Assembly (NCBI GenBank): GCA_965277405.1
Contig: OZ255726.1
Span: 224,001 to 288,000 of the forward strand
Source of the DNA: Gammaproteobacteria bacterium
GTDB lineage: Bacteria > Pseudomonadota > Gammaproteobacteria > G965277405
Direction: 5' to 3'
Length of the DNA stretch: 64,000 nt
This document shows positions 22,127 through 32,250 of this stretch, in pieces (positions within the stretch are counted from its first letter, which is position 1; every line of letters begins with the position of its first letter). The position numbers and the translations under genes are program-made. The notes beneath the pieces were generated by a model that was not told the origin of the DNA, made no database searches, and saw only the letters and a program-made list of their open reading frames with translations.

Positions 22127-22642
22127 GGAAGCTCTGAACAATTCACTACATTTAATTTTCACGCCGCATACATGTTCAAAAACCATAAACTCACAAGCTG
22201 TGAAGCTGTGAAGCTGTGAAGCTGTTTTTGTTCATTTTTTAGTGTTTTTCATGCGTTTTTGCTGAATTTCCTATGTTTTGGACGCACTAACCCTGTGGTT
22301 GCGGTAAATATTTGTGACTGTGCATGAGGCTTGTAAGCCAGGCTACCATCTATAGTCGGTTGGTATTTTTTGCTAAGCATTTATATTTATTTATATATAA
22401 TGTAGCGGACCTTGCTATATCCAAACATTCCTTGCATATAAAAGAATACATGCTCAACTTTGGCACGGACACTGGCTGGCAATTTCTCAAGCTGCTGCAC
22501 GCCACTGCTTGCTTTCAACTGACACTACATGCCGATAGTTGACTCGCCATCCACTATTGCCCGTTGTTGATGTTCCAATCTTGCTGCACAGTTATATAAC
22601 CCGCATCGACAAAAAAACGCCGTTCATCGCCATGTAACAGCT
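22127..22642 (-). pseudogene. IS5-family transposase 3' remnant with terminal IR
   Basis: Minus strand encodes LLHGDERRFFVDAGY, ASVRAKVEHVF...FGYSKVRY and LAKNTNRL across breaks; GGAAGCTCTGAACAA end at 22127. Confidence 0.85.
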
Positions 22643-22769
22643 GAAAAACGCTACGCTAACGTCGTTGCAGCACGTGATAATACCCTGCAGTATAGGCCGC
22701 GGGTTTCGCTTAAGTTATTATCAGCGTTGTTGTTTCGTGTCGCCCATCATGGATTTAATCAGAGATTAC
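22643..22769 (-). mobile_element. Degenerate partial MITE fused to the IS5 remnant
   Basis: AACGCTACGCTAACGTCGTTGCAGCAC...CGCCCATCATGGATTTAATCAGAG. Confidence 0.8.
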
Positions 22770-23170
22770 TGAACTGCTTCCATGGAATAACAGCAGTTAA
22801 TTTCTCAGAAAAATTCCCTACATGTTTTGCGTTTGTTATGTGAGTATTCCGACTCTGCAAACGTCATTTGTTTTATATTAAATCTCAAAAACAATAGTCT
22901 GTACATTATGGCAGATTAGTAGCTTTTGGGCAATTATAAGAGATGTCTTAGAGTAGTAATTTAAAACACTTTTTACATATTGAAACAAAAAATGTTCATA
23001 TGGCAATTTTTATTTTTTAGAAACACTGTGTTTATATAGCTGTCATTTTAAGAAGTATATAATATCATAATTCTTAAACCTGTACTATATGGCTTTACTT
23101 CCGACAATCACTTAAATACTAGTGATTGAATTTTCTTTAGAAATGCATCATTAATACTGTGTCTAAGATA

Positions 23171-25468
23171 TTACTCTCCAATTATATGAAAATTATTTAT
23201 AAAACATATAGCTATTTGAACTAAATCAAATTCATCAGTTATGTTTAATTTATAAAATTTTATAGAATCATCACGTTTTTTATCTTGCACTTTTATAAGT
23301 TTAAATTTAGTGTGCGTATCAGACACCACTAATTCATTTGGTATTTCTACTTCCCAATAATTATTTTTAGGGTATAACTTAACACCATTTTTACAAAAAA
23401 GAGGAGTATGATTAGAATTATAAACCCAACTATCGCCATTTATTTGTTTAGAGTCAACTGATTCCGACTGTATAACCGCTTTATTTAATATATCTGTATG
23501 ATAACTGCTTAGTGAAGTACCATTAATATATTCAACCCTAAACCCAGCAACATCATGCACTGTAAAAGCATAAACAGCCCATTTGTTTTTATTTGTAGTA
23601 ATTTGAGGATATTTTAAAAAATAATAAATCCAGCTTTTTGAATTTTCTTTTTTAAGACCTGAATCAATTAATTTATCTAACTTAACTAATATAGAAATAC
23701 TATCTTCTAACAACGCAAGGGCTGTTATATATTCTTTTAATATCTTCTTTAAATTTTTTTTATTTTCATTATACTCATAACTAGAAAATATTGTATGCCA
23801 TTTATCACTTTTACCAAAAAAACGCAAATCCCCAAAAGATGACGACCACCCTATTGAAATAGAATAATCTCCTATAGATAACAAACTTCTAGTTATTAAA
23901 CTATCATCATGTATACCCCAAACATCATAAATTAAGTTTACTATTTTTTCTGTATTTATATCTTCGCTATATATAAAATCAAAATTATGAAGTGAACCTT
24001 TAAAATAATGATGGTCTTCTAGCTTATGAATATGTTTTTTAATAACGTCATTATTATGGATGTATTTAGCCTTATGTATTTCGTGACCAATGTTGTCTTC
24101 TCTAAATCCAAACTTTTTTTCATCAGTAAGTTTTAGATAAACATTATCTGAATCATAGATTAAATGAATGGTTTTAATTATATTTACGTATTCACTAACC
24201 CTTAAATCAGAAACAAGTACATCTTTATTCGCCAAATTAATTCTGAGAATAAAGTTTCTGATAACTCTTAGATAATCTTTTAGGTTGTCAGTAATATCTA
24301 ATTTAAGATTGGTCATGCCTTGATAATAAAGAATAGCATAAAGCAATAATTTATGTTTATGGTCAAAATTTAAACCATTAATACAGTTGCTGAACAGGTT
24401 AATTTCATCATCGAACAGTGCTATCTTTTGGCTTTCATATCTACAAGAAAATAATTCTAAAAAGAAATTATTTAACTGTTCTTTAAAATTAAAATTATTA
24501 TTATTAACAAATAAACCAAACGCCTTAAATAAGAAATTTAGATTTTCTTCAGATTTAAATATTTGTATAACATCAATATCTGTAGTCTCAAATTTATGGA
24601 CTTCATTTTGATAATAAAGCATTTCTGCTATATATTTTATAAAATTATGTAATAGCTCATCAACTTCATTTTTTTCAGTTCGAAAATCCCAAAATAAATC
24701 ACACCAAACCCCATCAATATTTGTTTTAAAATAATCACTTACTTCTTTTGAGTGATGTTCTTCAATAAAATTTTGAAATTTTGCTTTAAAAATTTCAAAA
24801 TCTGTAAGTTGTTTTCCTCTAGCGTTCATTTTTATATATAAATCACCGTTTAATTTATACTCTTCCAAATTTAAAAAATTAAATGTAATTATAGGGTCTT
24901 CATTTCTAGTTAACGCATGATAGTAACATGTTGCACCAAATTTTTCTTGGATTGCATCTAGCATTACCAGCATCCCTTTTATTGTTGGGTCTAACTCCCA
25001 AGAATAATAAAACCAAGATGAGTCTTTTATTATATCTGATATATTTAATTGCTCCCAGTTACTAACATCAAAGTTATTTTTCAATAAAGCGTTGCAAAAT
25101 TCTCTTGAACTAACTCTAGTCTCGTAAGTAAATTTAGACTTCGCACCATCTTGCATTACAGATTTAAAATCTTCTATTTTTTTTGAAATATGAGCCATAT
25201 ACCAATACAACAAAAACAATGTTGTTAGTCTTTGTTGACCATCAAGTGGTATAAATTTATTTTCGCTATTCATATAACCATAAATAAAATCTAAATGTAT
25301 ATTTATATCTTGCTCAAGTTTAGTTTTTATACTATCTAAAAATCTAGTTCTTACTTCCTTTGTCGAATCTCTACCTTGCGCATAATCCCTTTGTATAATT
25401 GGAATCTCTATCTCGCAACCATACTTTTTAAAGAGTTTAATAAAGGTTAATTGCTCTCCTTTTTCCAT
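23171..25468 (-). CDS. DUF262 (GmrS-like) domain protein with long C-terminal region lacking a recognisable HNH motif
   Basis: IPIIQRDYAQG, LDGQQRLTT, MNARGKQLTDFE; very AT-rich. Confidence 0.85.
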   Translation of the reverse strand: MEKGEQLTFIKLFKKYGCEIEIPIIQRDYAQGRDSTKEVRTRFLDSIKTKLEQDINIHLDFIYGYMNSENKFIPLDGQQRLTTLFLLYWYMAHISKKIEDFKSVMQDGAKSKFTYETRVSSREFCNALLKNNFDVSNWEQLNISDIIKDSSWFYYSWELDPTIKGMLVMLDAIQEKFGATCYYHALTRNEDPIITFNFLNLEEYKLNGDLYIKMNARGKQLTDFEIFKAKFQNFIEEHHSKEVSDYFKTNIDGVWCDLFWDFRTEKNEVDELLHNFIKYIAEMLYYQNEVHKFETTDIDVIQIFKSEENLNFLFKAFGLFVNNNNFNFKEQLNNFFLELFSCRYESQKIALFDDEINLFSNCINGLNFDHKHKLLLYAILYYQGMTNLKLDITDNLKDYLRVIRNFILRINLANKDVLVSDLRVSEYVNIIKTIHLIYDSDNVYLKLTDEKKFGFREDNIGHEIHKAKYIHNNDVIKKHIHKLEDHHYFKGSLHNFDFIYSEDINTEKIVNLIYDVWGIHDDSLITRSLLSIGDYSISIGWSSSFGDLRFFGKSDKWHTIFSSYEYNENKKNLKKILKEYITALALLEDSISILVKLDKLIDSGLKKENSKSWIYYFLKYPQITTNKNKWAVYAFTVHDVAGFRVEYINGTSLSSYHTDILNKAVIQSESVDSKQINGDSWVYNSNHTPLFCKNGVKLYPKNNYWEVEIPNELVVSDTHTKFKLIKVQDKKRDDSIKFYKLNITDEFDLVQIAICFINNFHIIGE

Positions 25469-25472
25469 TATC

Positions 25473-27254
25473 TTAGTTATTTTCTGGTTTATTATTTGTT
25501 GAAGTGTAAACTTTAAGTGTTTCGTTTATAGCATCTAGATAATCACCTGCATCAGTACTTTGCCAAAACAATAACCCATCAGATTTTTTAGAGTAATATT
25601 TTAAGAATACATTTTTTGTGCATATTGGAACAAAAGAACCTTTTTTGTCATTCTCAATAATTCTATTTCTCTTGATGGGGAAATCCGCATTTTTACAACC
25701 CCTATTAGTATGGGCGTCTAATAAAGTTAAATTTGAAATAGAGCTTATTAAACTATCTTCACTATTTTTACTGAATTCTCCTAAAACTAAATTATAAACC
25801 TGATTAAATTCACAATCTGAAAACTTGTCTTGCCTTAACAATTGAATAGTTAATTTTTTAATTTCATTCCTAGTATTCAAAATTTCTTGGTTAGCAGAAA
25901 AAGGATATCCTAAACAATACTCAAAAATATTATTTAACCATTTTTTTTGTTTAACTAGACCGTCGGGCTTATCAGATTGTATTGAGCGAATGTGCTCTAT
26001 ATCCCAATTTTCTTTTTTATATTCATCAAAAGGAAATCTAATATTAGATTTTTTATTATTTATTATCGTTTGAATATTGAAAAGCAATAGCACGTCTTTC
26101 AAATGCTCATCTTTATATTTTAATTCGCGTATTACAACCTCTTTTAACTGTTTTTCAATAAAGTTTTTAAGGCATTCTTTAAAATCTGTTTTTGTTTTTG
26201 ACCAGGATTTTTCTACTAGGCTATTAATCGATAAATCAAATTTTGAATGAATAAGATAACCTATTAAATGATAAAATTCACTGTTATGATACCATTGCTC
26301 AATTGTCATAAAATATTGTTTTACTTCACTCCAAATGGCATCAATACTTTTTACTTCAAACTCTTCTTGAAATTTATAAAATGTAAAATTATCTTCATCA
26401 GTTGATTTTTTACCCACCATCAAATCAAAAATAAATTCTATACGCGCGTCATATTTATTTAAGTCTGTACTAATAAAATACCAAAATTTATCATCTTGTA
26501 GCGTATTTTCAATCCTATCCCATTCGACGGCAATTTCTAATTGTTTTAAATATATATTTCTCTGATCATTAAAATTAACCTTTTTTAAAAGCCAGGATTT
26601 TATTAATTCAGAATTGGTTAAAGGTATTTTACCTGCATTAGTATTTATAAAACATTCATTAGCATTTTTATCTACTACTTCGTACCAAATAAACCGTACA
26701 TTCTTCCCTGTGTCGTTGTTATTAAGTATCGTTTTGGATATATCCAATTTTACATTTACAACTTCATCTTCATCTTCTTTGTTAAACCACTCTTCAATAG
26801 TTTTATAAGCCTCAGCCATATAGTAATAGTCGATATTATCGTATTTTTTTTTTGTTCTAATACAGTCATCATACTTTTGTGTTTGACCAATATTGTCTAA
26901 AAAAACCTCAACATCTGGTCTTGTTTGGTATTTTAATTTATATTTTTTGTTACCTAATATATTTGTTTTTTTATTTAGATAAGTAAGTATTAAATAAATT
27001 GTTGTTATTCTTTGTTGACCATCTACAAGTGTCCAAGTATTTTTTATTTTAGAAACAATTAAAGGTTGCAAACAATAAAAAACGTCTTTAGATTTATTTT
27101 CACTTTGGGTTCTAAATTCCCAAATATCATCTAATAGATTTTTCACTTGGCTTTTTTTCCATCTATAACCTCTTTGATATGAAGGAATAATAAAAACCTC
27201 TCCTAATAAATCACTTATAGACTTTAAGACTAACCCGCTATCGTTTACACTCAT
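25473..27254 (-). CDS. GmrSD-like restriction protein, DUF262 + DUF1524 (HNH)
   Basis: IPSYQRGYRW, VDGQQRITT, NAGKIPLT; C-terminal WDIEHIRS...NLTLLDAHTNRG. Confidence 0.88.
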   Translation of the reverse strand: MSVNDSGLVLKSISDLLGEVFIIPSYQRGYRWKKSQVKNLLDDIWEFRTQSENKSKDVFYCLQPLIVSKIKNTWTLVDGQQRITTIYLILTYLNKKTNILGNKKYKLKYQTRPDVEVFLDNIGQTQKYDDCIRTKKKYDNIDYYYMAEAYKTIEEWFNKEDEDEVVNVKLDISKTILNNNDTGKNVRFIWYEVVDKNANECFINTNAGKIPLTNSELIKSWLLKKVNFNDQRNIYLKQLEIAVEWDRIENTLQDDKFWYFISTDLNKYDARIEFIFDLMVGKKSTDEDNFTFYKFQEEFEVKSIDAIWSEVKQYFMTIEQWYHNSEFYHLIGYLIHSKFDLSINSLVEKSWSKTKTDFKECLKNFIEKQLKEVVIRELKYKDEHLKDVLLLFNIQTIINNKKSNIRFPFDEYKKENWDIEHIRSIQSDKPDGLVKQKKWLNNIFEYCLGYPFSANQEILNTRNEIKKLTIQLLRQDKFSDCEFNQVYNLVLGEFSKNSEDSLISSISNLTLLDAHTNRGCKNADFPIKRNRIIENDKKGSFVPICTKNVFLKYYSKKSDGLLFWQSTDAGDYLDAINETLKVYTSTNNKPENN

Positions 27255-27801
27255 ATTAACCCTGTTTCCCTAGTCAATAATTTTGAATCATCACCTCGCG
27301 GATTTCAATCGCTAGCACGAACATTGAATTTTGATGGACTGTGAGCGCAACTCACGACCCATCAACCAATGTGGTATTATTATACCAAAGACATATACGA
27401 GACTGACAAAGTGCAATGTTACAAGATTTATGAAAGAGTGGCAAACAAACGTTCACATTTTAAAATAGCTGTTCTAATCAACAGATATCACGGCACTGTT
27501 TCAAATTAAGCAAACGTAGATTTGCGTGATTATAACAAAACCAGACTGAAGAGAGTCTCGCTGGCAACATCAAAGCAAGCTAAAATATAGAAAACTAACC
27601 CCTGATATTCGTTCACTCATTGTATAAAACATAAGGAACGAATGCAGTCCTGAACAAATATTAAGGCCAGAACAACTGCAATTTAGATTTAAAAAAGAAG
27701 GATTTACCATGGTTTGTGCAACCACAAGTTACTTTTTTATTCAACAAGATAAAGTTTCCAGAGGCAATCTGTACAAGCACCTATTGCATAACAAACCCCA
27801 A

Positions 27802-28102
27802 GGAAGCTCTGATTCATTCCATGATGGGCGAGACGGAGCATAAACGCTCGATGATAACTTAAGCGCAGTGCGCAGCTAACACTGGTGCAGTCTTTGTGGG
27901 CATTGCCAAGTGCTGCAGCGACTTAGTAGCGTTTTTTTTCCGTCGCTGTGTTGCATATACTTTGGGTTTGCGGCAATTGCTTACGCTTACTGTGTTGCAT
28001 CCATTGGTGTATATGCTACGGCATGCGCTTAGCGGTTTGCGCCTTGCAATCATCAGCAATTGCAGGCAAACTCACTCCATCAGCGAGTTAATCAGAGGTT
28101 CC
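27802..28102 (+). mobile_element. MITE copy
   Basis: GGAAGCTCTGATTCATTC...GAGTTAATCAGAGGTTCC. Confidence 0.9.
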
Positions 28103-28147
28103 TATGGGGGTAATGACGATTCTTATAGACTTCGTTGTTGAGCCTAA
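28103..28147 (+). repeat. Direct repeat, right copy (45 bp)
   Basis: Identical to 21862-21905 except one extra G. Confidence 0.92.
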
Positions 28148-28406
28148 CCCCAAGATTGCTGTCTTTTATATTAGTATTTTTTCACAAGTGGCCGCTCCTA
28201 GTCTTCCAAATATTGTCCTGTTTGTCTTTGGAGGACAGCTAGTCCTTCAATCATTGCTGTTTTGGTCAACTTTTGCTGCGCTATCTCGGGCAGGAATAAT
28301 TTCAAGAGCAATTAATAAGGCGAACGGGTGGGTCGATATAGCTTTTGGAGGAGCATTAGTATCGTTCGCGGTGTATTTGCTTTGGAGTGGCCTATGGAAC
28401 CTCTGA
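28104..28406 (+). pseudogene. C-terminal half of a LysE/RhtB family translocator
   Basis: NPKIAVFYISIFSQ motif plus TM helices; N-terminal half absent; stop supplied by the MITE. Confidence 0.7.
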
Positions 28407-28681
28407 TTAAGTCCATGACGGGCGAGACGGAGAAAAAACGCTGATGATAACTAGACGCAGTGCGCAGATAATACTGGTGGTATTATCAAGTGCTGCAACG
28501 ACGTTAGAGCAGCGTTTTTTCCCGTCCTTCTATTGAATATATGATGGTTTGCCTACAAGCGGTACTTGCTGTGTTGCATCCCTTGGCGTATATGCTACGG
28601 CATGCGCTTAGCGGTTTGCGCCTTGCAATCATCAGCAATTGCAGGCAAACTCGCTCCATCAGCTACTTAATCAGAGCTTCC
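28396..28681 (+). mobile_element. MITE copy with CTAT target duplication
   Basis: CTAT-GGAACCTCTGATTAAGTC...CTTAATCAGAGCTTCC-CTAT. Confidence 0.93.
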
Positions 28682-28683
28682 CT

Positions 28684-29274
28684 ATGAACCAGAACCAATC
28701 TAAACTTGAAACTGTAGACTGGACAAAAATTGTACAACCCAAGGACGATGGGGCCGCAAGCCATCTCGTTGGTATGGTTATGCCTCGGATGAGTTTACCT
28801 TCCACAAGCGGAGGGATGGTGGATGTTGGTTGCTTAACAGGATTAAGTGTTATCTTTTTCTATCCAATGACGGGACGGCCTGACATTCCATTGCCAGAGG
28901 GTTGGGATGAAATCCCAGGTGCTAGAGGGTGCACCCCACAATCTTGTGCATTTAGGGACCACTACAATAGTTTTATTGATCATAGGGTTTACTCTGTATT
29001 TGGAATTTCAACACAGGATACTACATATCAGCAAGAAGCATCTAATCGACTTCATCTCCCATATCCTTTGCTGTCAGATAATAGATTATGTTTAGCCAAA
29101 GTCTTAAGGCTACCAACGATGTTGGTTTATAGTATGACACTTATAAAAAGGATAACATTGGTACTTCGAGAGAACGTGGTCGAGAAAGTATTCTATCCTG
29201 TTTTCCCGCCTGATAAGAATGCTGAGAATGTCCTCAAATATTTAGCATCCACGCCCCACCTGTCGGGAGAATAA
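28684..29274 (+). CDS. Peroxiredoxin/redoxin family protein (BCP-like)
   Basis: FYPMTG...IPGARGCTPQSCAFRD, FYPVFPPD; start set to the ATG just outside the MITE. Confidence 0.85.
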   Translation: MNQNQSKLETVDWTKIVQPKDDGAASHLVGMVMPRMSLPSTSGGMVDVGCLTGLSVIFFYPMTGRPDIPLPEGWDEIPGARGCTPQSCAFRDHYNSFIDHRVYSVFGISTQDTTYQQEASNRLHLPYPLLSDNRLCLAKVLRLPTMLVYSMTLIKRITLVLRENVVEKVFYPVFPPDKNAENVLKYLASTPHLSGE

Positions 29275-29279
29275 GTTTG

Positions 29280-29579
29280 GGAAGCTCTGATTCATTCCAT
29301 GATGGGCGAGACGGAGCAACAACGCTCGATGATAACTTAAGCGCAGTGCGCAGCTAACACTGGTGCAGTTTTTGTGGATATTGCCAAGTGCTGCAGCGAC
29401 TTAGTAGCGTTTTTTTCCGTCCCTTTTTTGAATATACTTTCGGTTTGCGGCAATTGCTTACGTTTGCTGTGTTGCATCCGTTGGTGTATATGCTAGGTCA
29501 TGCGCTTTGCGTTTTGCGCCTTGCAATCATCAACAATTACCAACAAAATCGCAGCATCAGCGAGTTAATCAGAACTTGC
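29280..29579 (+). mobile_element. MITE copy
   Basis: GGAAGCTCTGATTCATTC...GAGTTAATCAGAACTTGC; 5 bp after the redoxin stop. Confidence 0.88.
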
Positions 29580-29828
29580 TTATACGTTCAACCAATGCCA
29601 CCCTTTAAAAATAGAAATATATAATTTTGCTGGTAATGTATCTCTAACCCAGTAATATTATAATTGCAGATGGTTTTTAGACTGATGTTGCTAATTACCC
29701 ATTATAGAAAACAATGTGCATGACTAAAAATAAAATTATTCAACATAACGTTCACTTGCAAGCCTGCTACACAACTAAAATCGCTACGCCGAATCAATTG
29801 TGTGCTGACAATAATCAGGGGATAAACT

Positions 29829-30608
29829 ATGGCACTTAGCGTAGTCGACATCAATTGTGACATGGGCGAAGCTTACGGTCGGTGGCGTATGGGCGATACC
29901 GACGATTCACGGCTGATCGAACTCATTAGTTCTGCAAGTGTGGCGACGGGTTTTCATGCCGGCGACCCCAATCTTATGGATCAGACCGTGCGGCTTGCTG
30001 TGCAGCATGGTGTTAATGTCGGAGCTCATCCAGGTTATCAGGATCTTCAGGGTTTTGGCAGGAGAAAAATCGCAGGTAGTAACGCAGAAATCGTCAATGA
30101 CATCGTATATCAAGTTGGTGCATTGCGTGAATTTTGCCGACGACATACCACGGTCATCCAGCATGTGAAGCCGCATGGGGCGCTGTATATGGAGATGGCA
30201 ACTAATGAAGAACTATCCAGATCGTTCATCCAGACAATGCGCACCATAGCTCCCAACACCTTTGTTTTTTGCATGGGGATGTCCGCGACCTATCGTATCG
30301 CCCAAGCAGCCGGTCAACCGACAATTCGCGAGTTTTTTGCCGATCGTGATTATGATGATACTGGGTCTATAGTTTTCACGCGTCAGGTGGAACAACTCCA
30401 ACCACGCGCAGTAGCTGCAAAGGTTGTGCGTGCCTGCCTTGAAGGAAAAGTTAGCACAATCACAGGTGGAGATATTGATATCGAATTTGAGTCGATTTGT
30501 TTTCACTCTGACTCTCCAGGCAGTTCTGCAATTGCTCACGCAATGCGCGCAGCACTCGATGCAAATGGTATTAGAGTTGCCCCCGTTGCAAAAATAATTA
30601 CAACATAA
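29829..30608 (+). CDS. pxpA: LamB/YcsF family protein (5-oxoprolinase subunit A-like)
   Basis: DINCDMGE, GFHAGDP, GAHPGY.DLQGFGRR, HVKPHGALY, ICFHSDSPG. Confidence 0.92.
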   Translation: MALSVVDINCDMGEAYGRWRMGDTDDSRLIELISSASVATGFHAGDPNLMDQTVRLAVQHGVNVGAHPGYQDLQGFGRRKIAGSNAEIVNDIVYQVGALREFCRRHTTVIQHVKPHGALYMEMATNEELSRSFIQTMRTIAPNTFVFCMGMSATYRIAQAAGQPTIREFFADRDYDDTGSIVFTRQVEQLQPRAVAAKVVRACLEGKVSTITGGDIDIEFESICFHSDSPGSSAIAHAMRAALDANGIRVAPVAKIITT

Positions 30609-30622
30609 ACAGGAAGAAAATA

Positions 30623-30868
30623 ATGGCCAAATTAGAGATAAAATCACCAATACCAGGAACATTTTATCGCAGACCATCTCCCGAAAATCCTGTCTTCAAA
30701 GCAGACGGGTCAGACGTTGCCACAGCCGATGTTATTGGCTTAGTCGAGGTAATGAAGACATTTCACGAAATCACCGCTGGCGTAGCTGGAAAATCGATTA
30801 ACTTTTTGATTGAGGACTCTGAACCAGTAATGGCAGGTCAAATTGTTGCAGAAGTAGAAGAGTTGTGA
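30623..30868 (+). CDS. Stand-alone biotin carboxyl carrier protein
   Basis: SPIPGTFYRRPSP; EVMKT biotinylation motif. Confidence 0.9.
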   Translation: MAKLEIKSPIPGTFYRRPSPENPVFKADGSDVATADVIGLVEVMKTFHEITAGVAGKSINFLIEDSEPVMAGQIVAEVEEL

Positions 30869-32250
30869 ACATCCGTAGTATTTTGATTGCAAACCGGGGG
30901 GAAATTGCGGTGCGGGTCATTCGTGCAGCAACAGCACTCGGGCTTAGAACCGTGCAGGTTTATAGTGAAGCGGACGCAGACTCGTTGGCTGTGCGCATGG
31001 CCGATGAGGCTATTTTAATAGGGCCTCCATCTGCCGCGAAATCATATCTGAATATTGATGCAATCATGAAGGCAGCCCGTCAAACCAAGGTAGATGCGAT
31101 CCATCCTGGCTACGGATTTCTTGCTGAAAATGCCGACTTTGCTGACGCTGTTGTCGCAGCAAATATGGTGTTTATTGGCCCAAATGGTGAATCAATTAGA
31201 CTGTTGGGCGACAAAGTTTCCGCGCGAAAAGTTGCCAAAGCAGCTAATGTTCCGACAGTTCCAGGGAGCGATGGCAGGGTTGCTGATATAGCAGCAGGTC
31301 GCCAGATAATAGACGAAATCGGCTATCCAGCGATGATCAAGGCTGCTGCTGGTGGTGGTGGTCGCGGCATTCGCATTGTTGCAAATATGCAGGAGTTTGA
31401 GAGGTTCTTCCCCCAAGCATCAGTCGAAGCGCTGGCGTCGTTTGGCGACGGTGGTCTCTATATTGAAAAGATGATCGAAACGGCGCGGCATATTGAAGTG
31501 CAGATTTTGGGCGACGGTAACAATTTTATACATTGTTTTGAGCGCGAATGTTCGATGCAGCGGCGGCGGCAAAAAGTTTGGGAAGAAGCCCCAGCTTGTT
31601 GTCTGAGCCAAGCAGTGCGTACCACACTTTGCCAGCATGCTGTGGCGCTTGCCAAGCTGGTAAAATACAAAGGCGCTGGAACCGTTGAGTTCCTATATGA
31701 TGAAAAGACGCAGGAGTTTTACTTTATTGAGGTAAATACGCGTATTCAGGTCGAACATACAATTACGGAAGCGATCACTGGGATTGACCTCGTTCAGCAG
31801 ATGATCCGCATTGCTGGAGGTGAGAGGCTGTCAATTAAACAAGACGATTTGCAGATTAACGGACACGCAATCGAATGCCGCATCAATGCAGAGGATCCAA
31901 TGAATAATTTCATGCCGTGGCCAGGGATTGTGGAACAACTTGAAGTCCCAAAAGGAGAAGATATTCGTTTTGATACCTTGTTATATCCAGGATATTCAAT
32001 CCCGCCGTTTTATGATTCTTTATTGGGAAAATTAATTGTCAGCGGCAAAGATCGCAGCGACTGCCTTGCTCGGCTATTAGACGCGCTACAGAACCTGAAG
32101 ATTGTCGGCGTGCCTACAACTATTCCCCTCCATATGGCATTGGCAAGCGATAACGATGTGGTCCGTGGGGTTTTTGATACGAAATTCCTTGAGCACTGGC
32201 TGGAGAATACATTCAAAGTTTCCAATAATCACAGAGTAGAGGTATCTTGA
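30865..32250 (+). CDS. Biotin carboxylase
   Basis: IANRGEIA, HPGYGFLAEN, KAAAGGGGRG, EVNTRIQVEH, ECRINAED. Confidence 0.95.
   Translation: MNIRSILIANRGEIAVRVIRAATALGLRTVQVYSEADADSLAVRMADEAILIGPPSAAKSYLNIDAIMKAARQTKVDAIHPGYGFLAENADFADAVVAANMVFIGPNGESIRLLGDKVSARKVAKAANVPTVPGSDGRVADIAAGRQIIDEIGYPAMIKAAAGGGGRGIRIVANMQEFERFFPQASVEALASFGDGGLYIEKMIETARHIEVQILGDGNNFIHCFERECSMQRRRQKVWEEAPACCLSQAVRTTLCQHAVALAKLVKYKGAGTVEFLYDEKTQEFYFIEVNTRIQVEHTITEAITGIDLVQQMIRIAGGERLSIKQDDLQINGHAIECRINAEDPMNNFMPWPGIVEQLEVPKGEDIRFDTLLYPGYSIPPFYDSLLGKLIVSGKDRSDCLARLLDALQNLKIVGVPTTIPLHMALASDNDVVRGVFDTKFLEHWLENTFKVSNNHRVEVS

Noticed and set aside
22196-22224. AAGCTGTG microsatellite, plus short repeats at about 58941-58990 and 63006-63066
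   Set aside because: They lie in IS or pseudogene debris and look like slippage products with no evidence of function.
26844-26853. 10-nt homopolymer in the DUF262 gene as a phase-variation switch
   Set aside because: Expected by chance in such AT-rich DNA, and the frame is intact.
30623-32250. accB/accC of fatty-acid synthesis
   Set aside because: The short BCCP and the pxpA/carboxyltransferase context indicate a different carboxylase.
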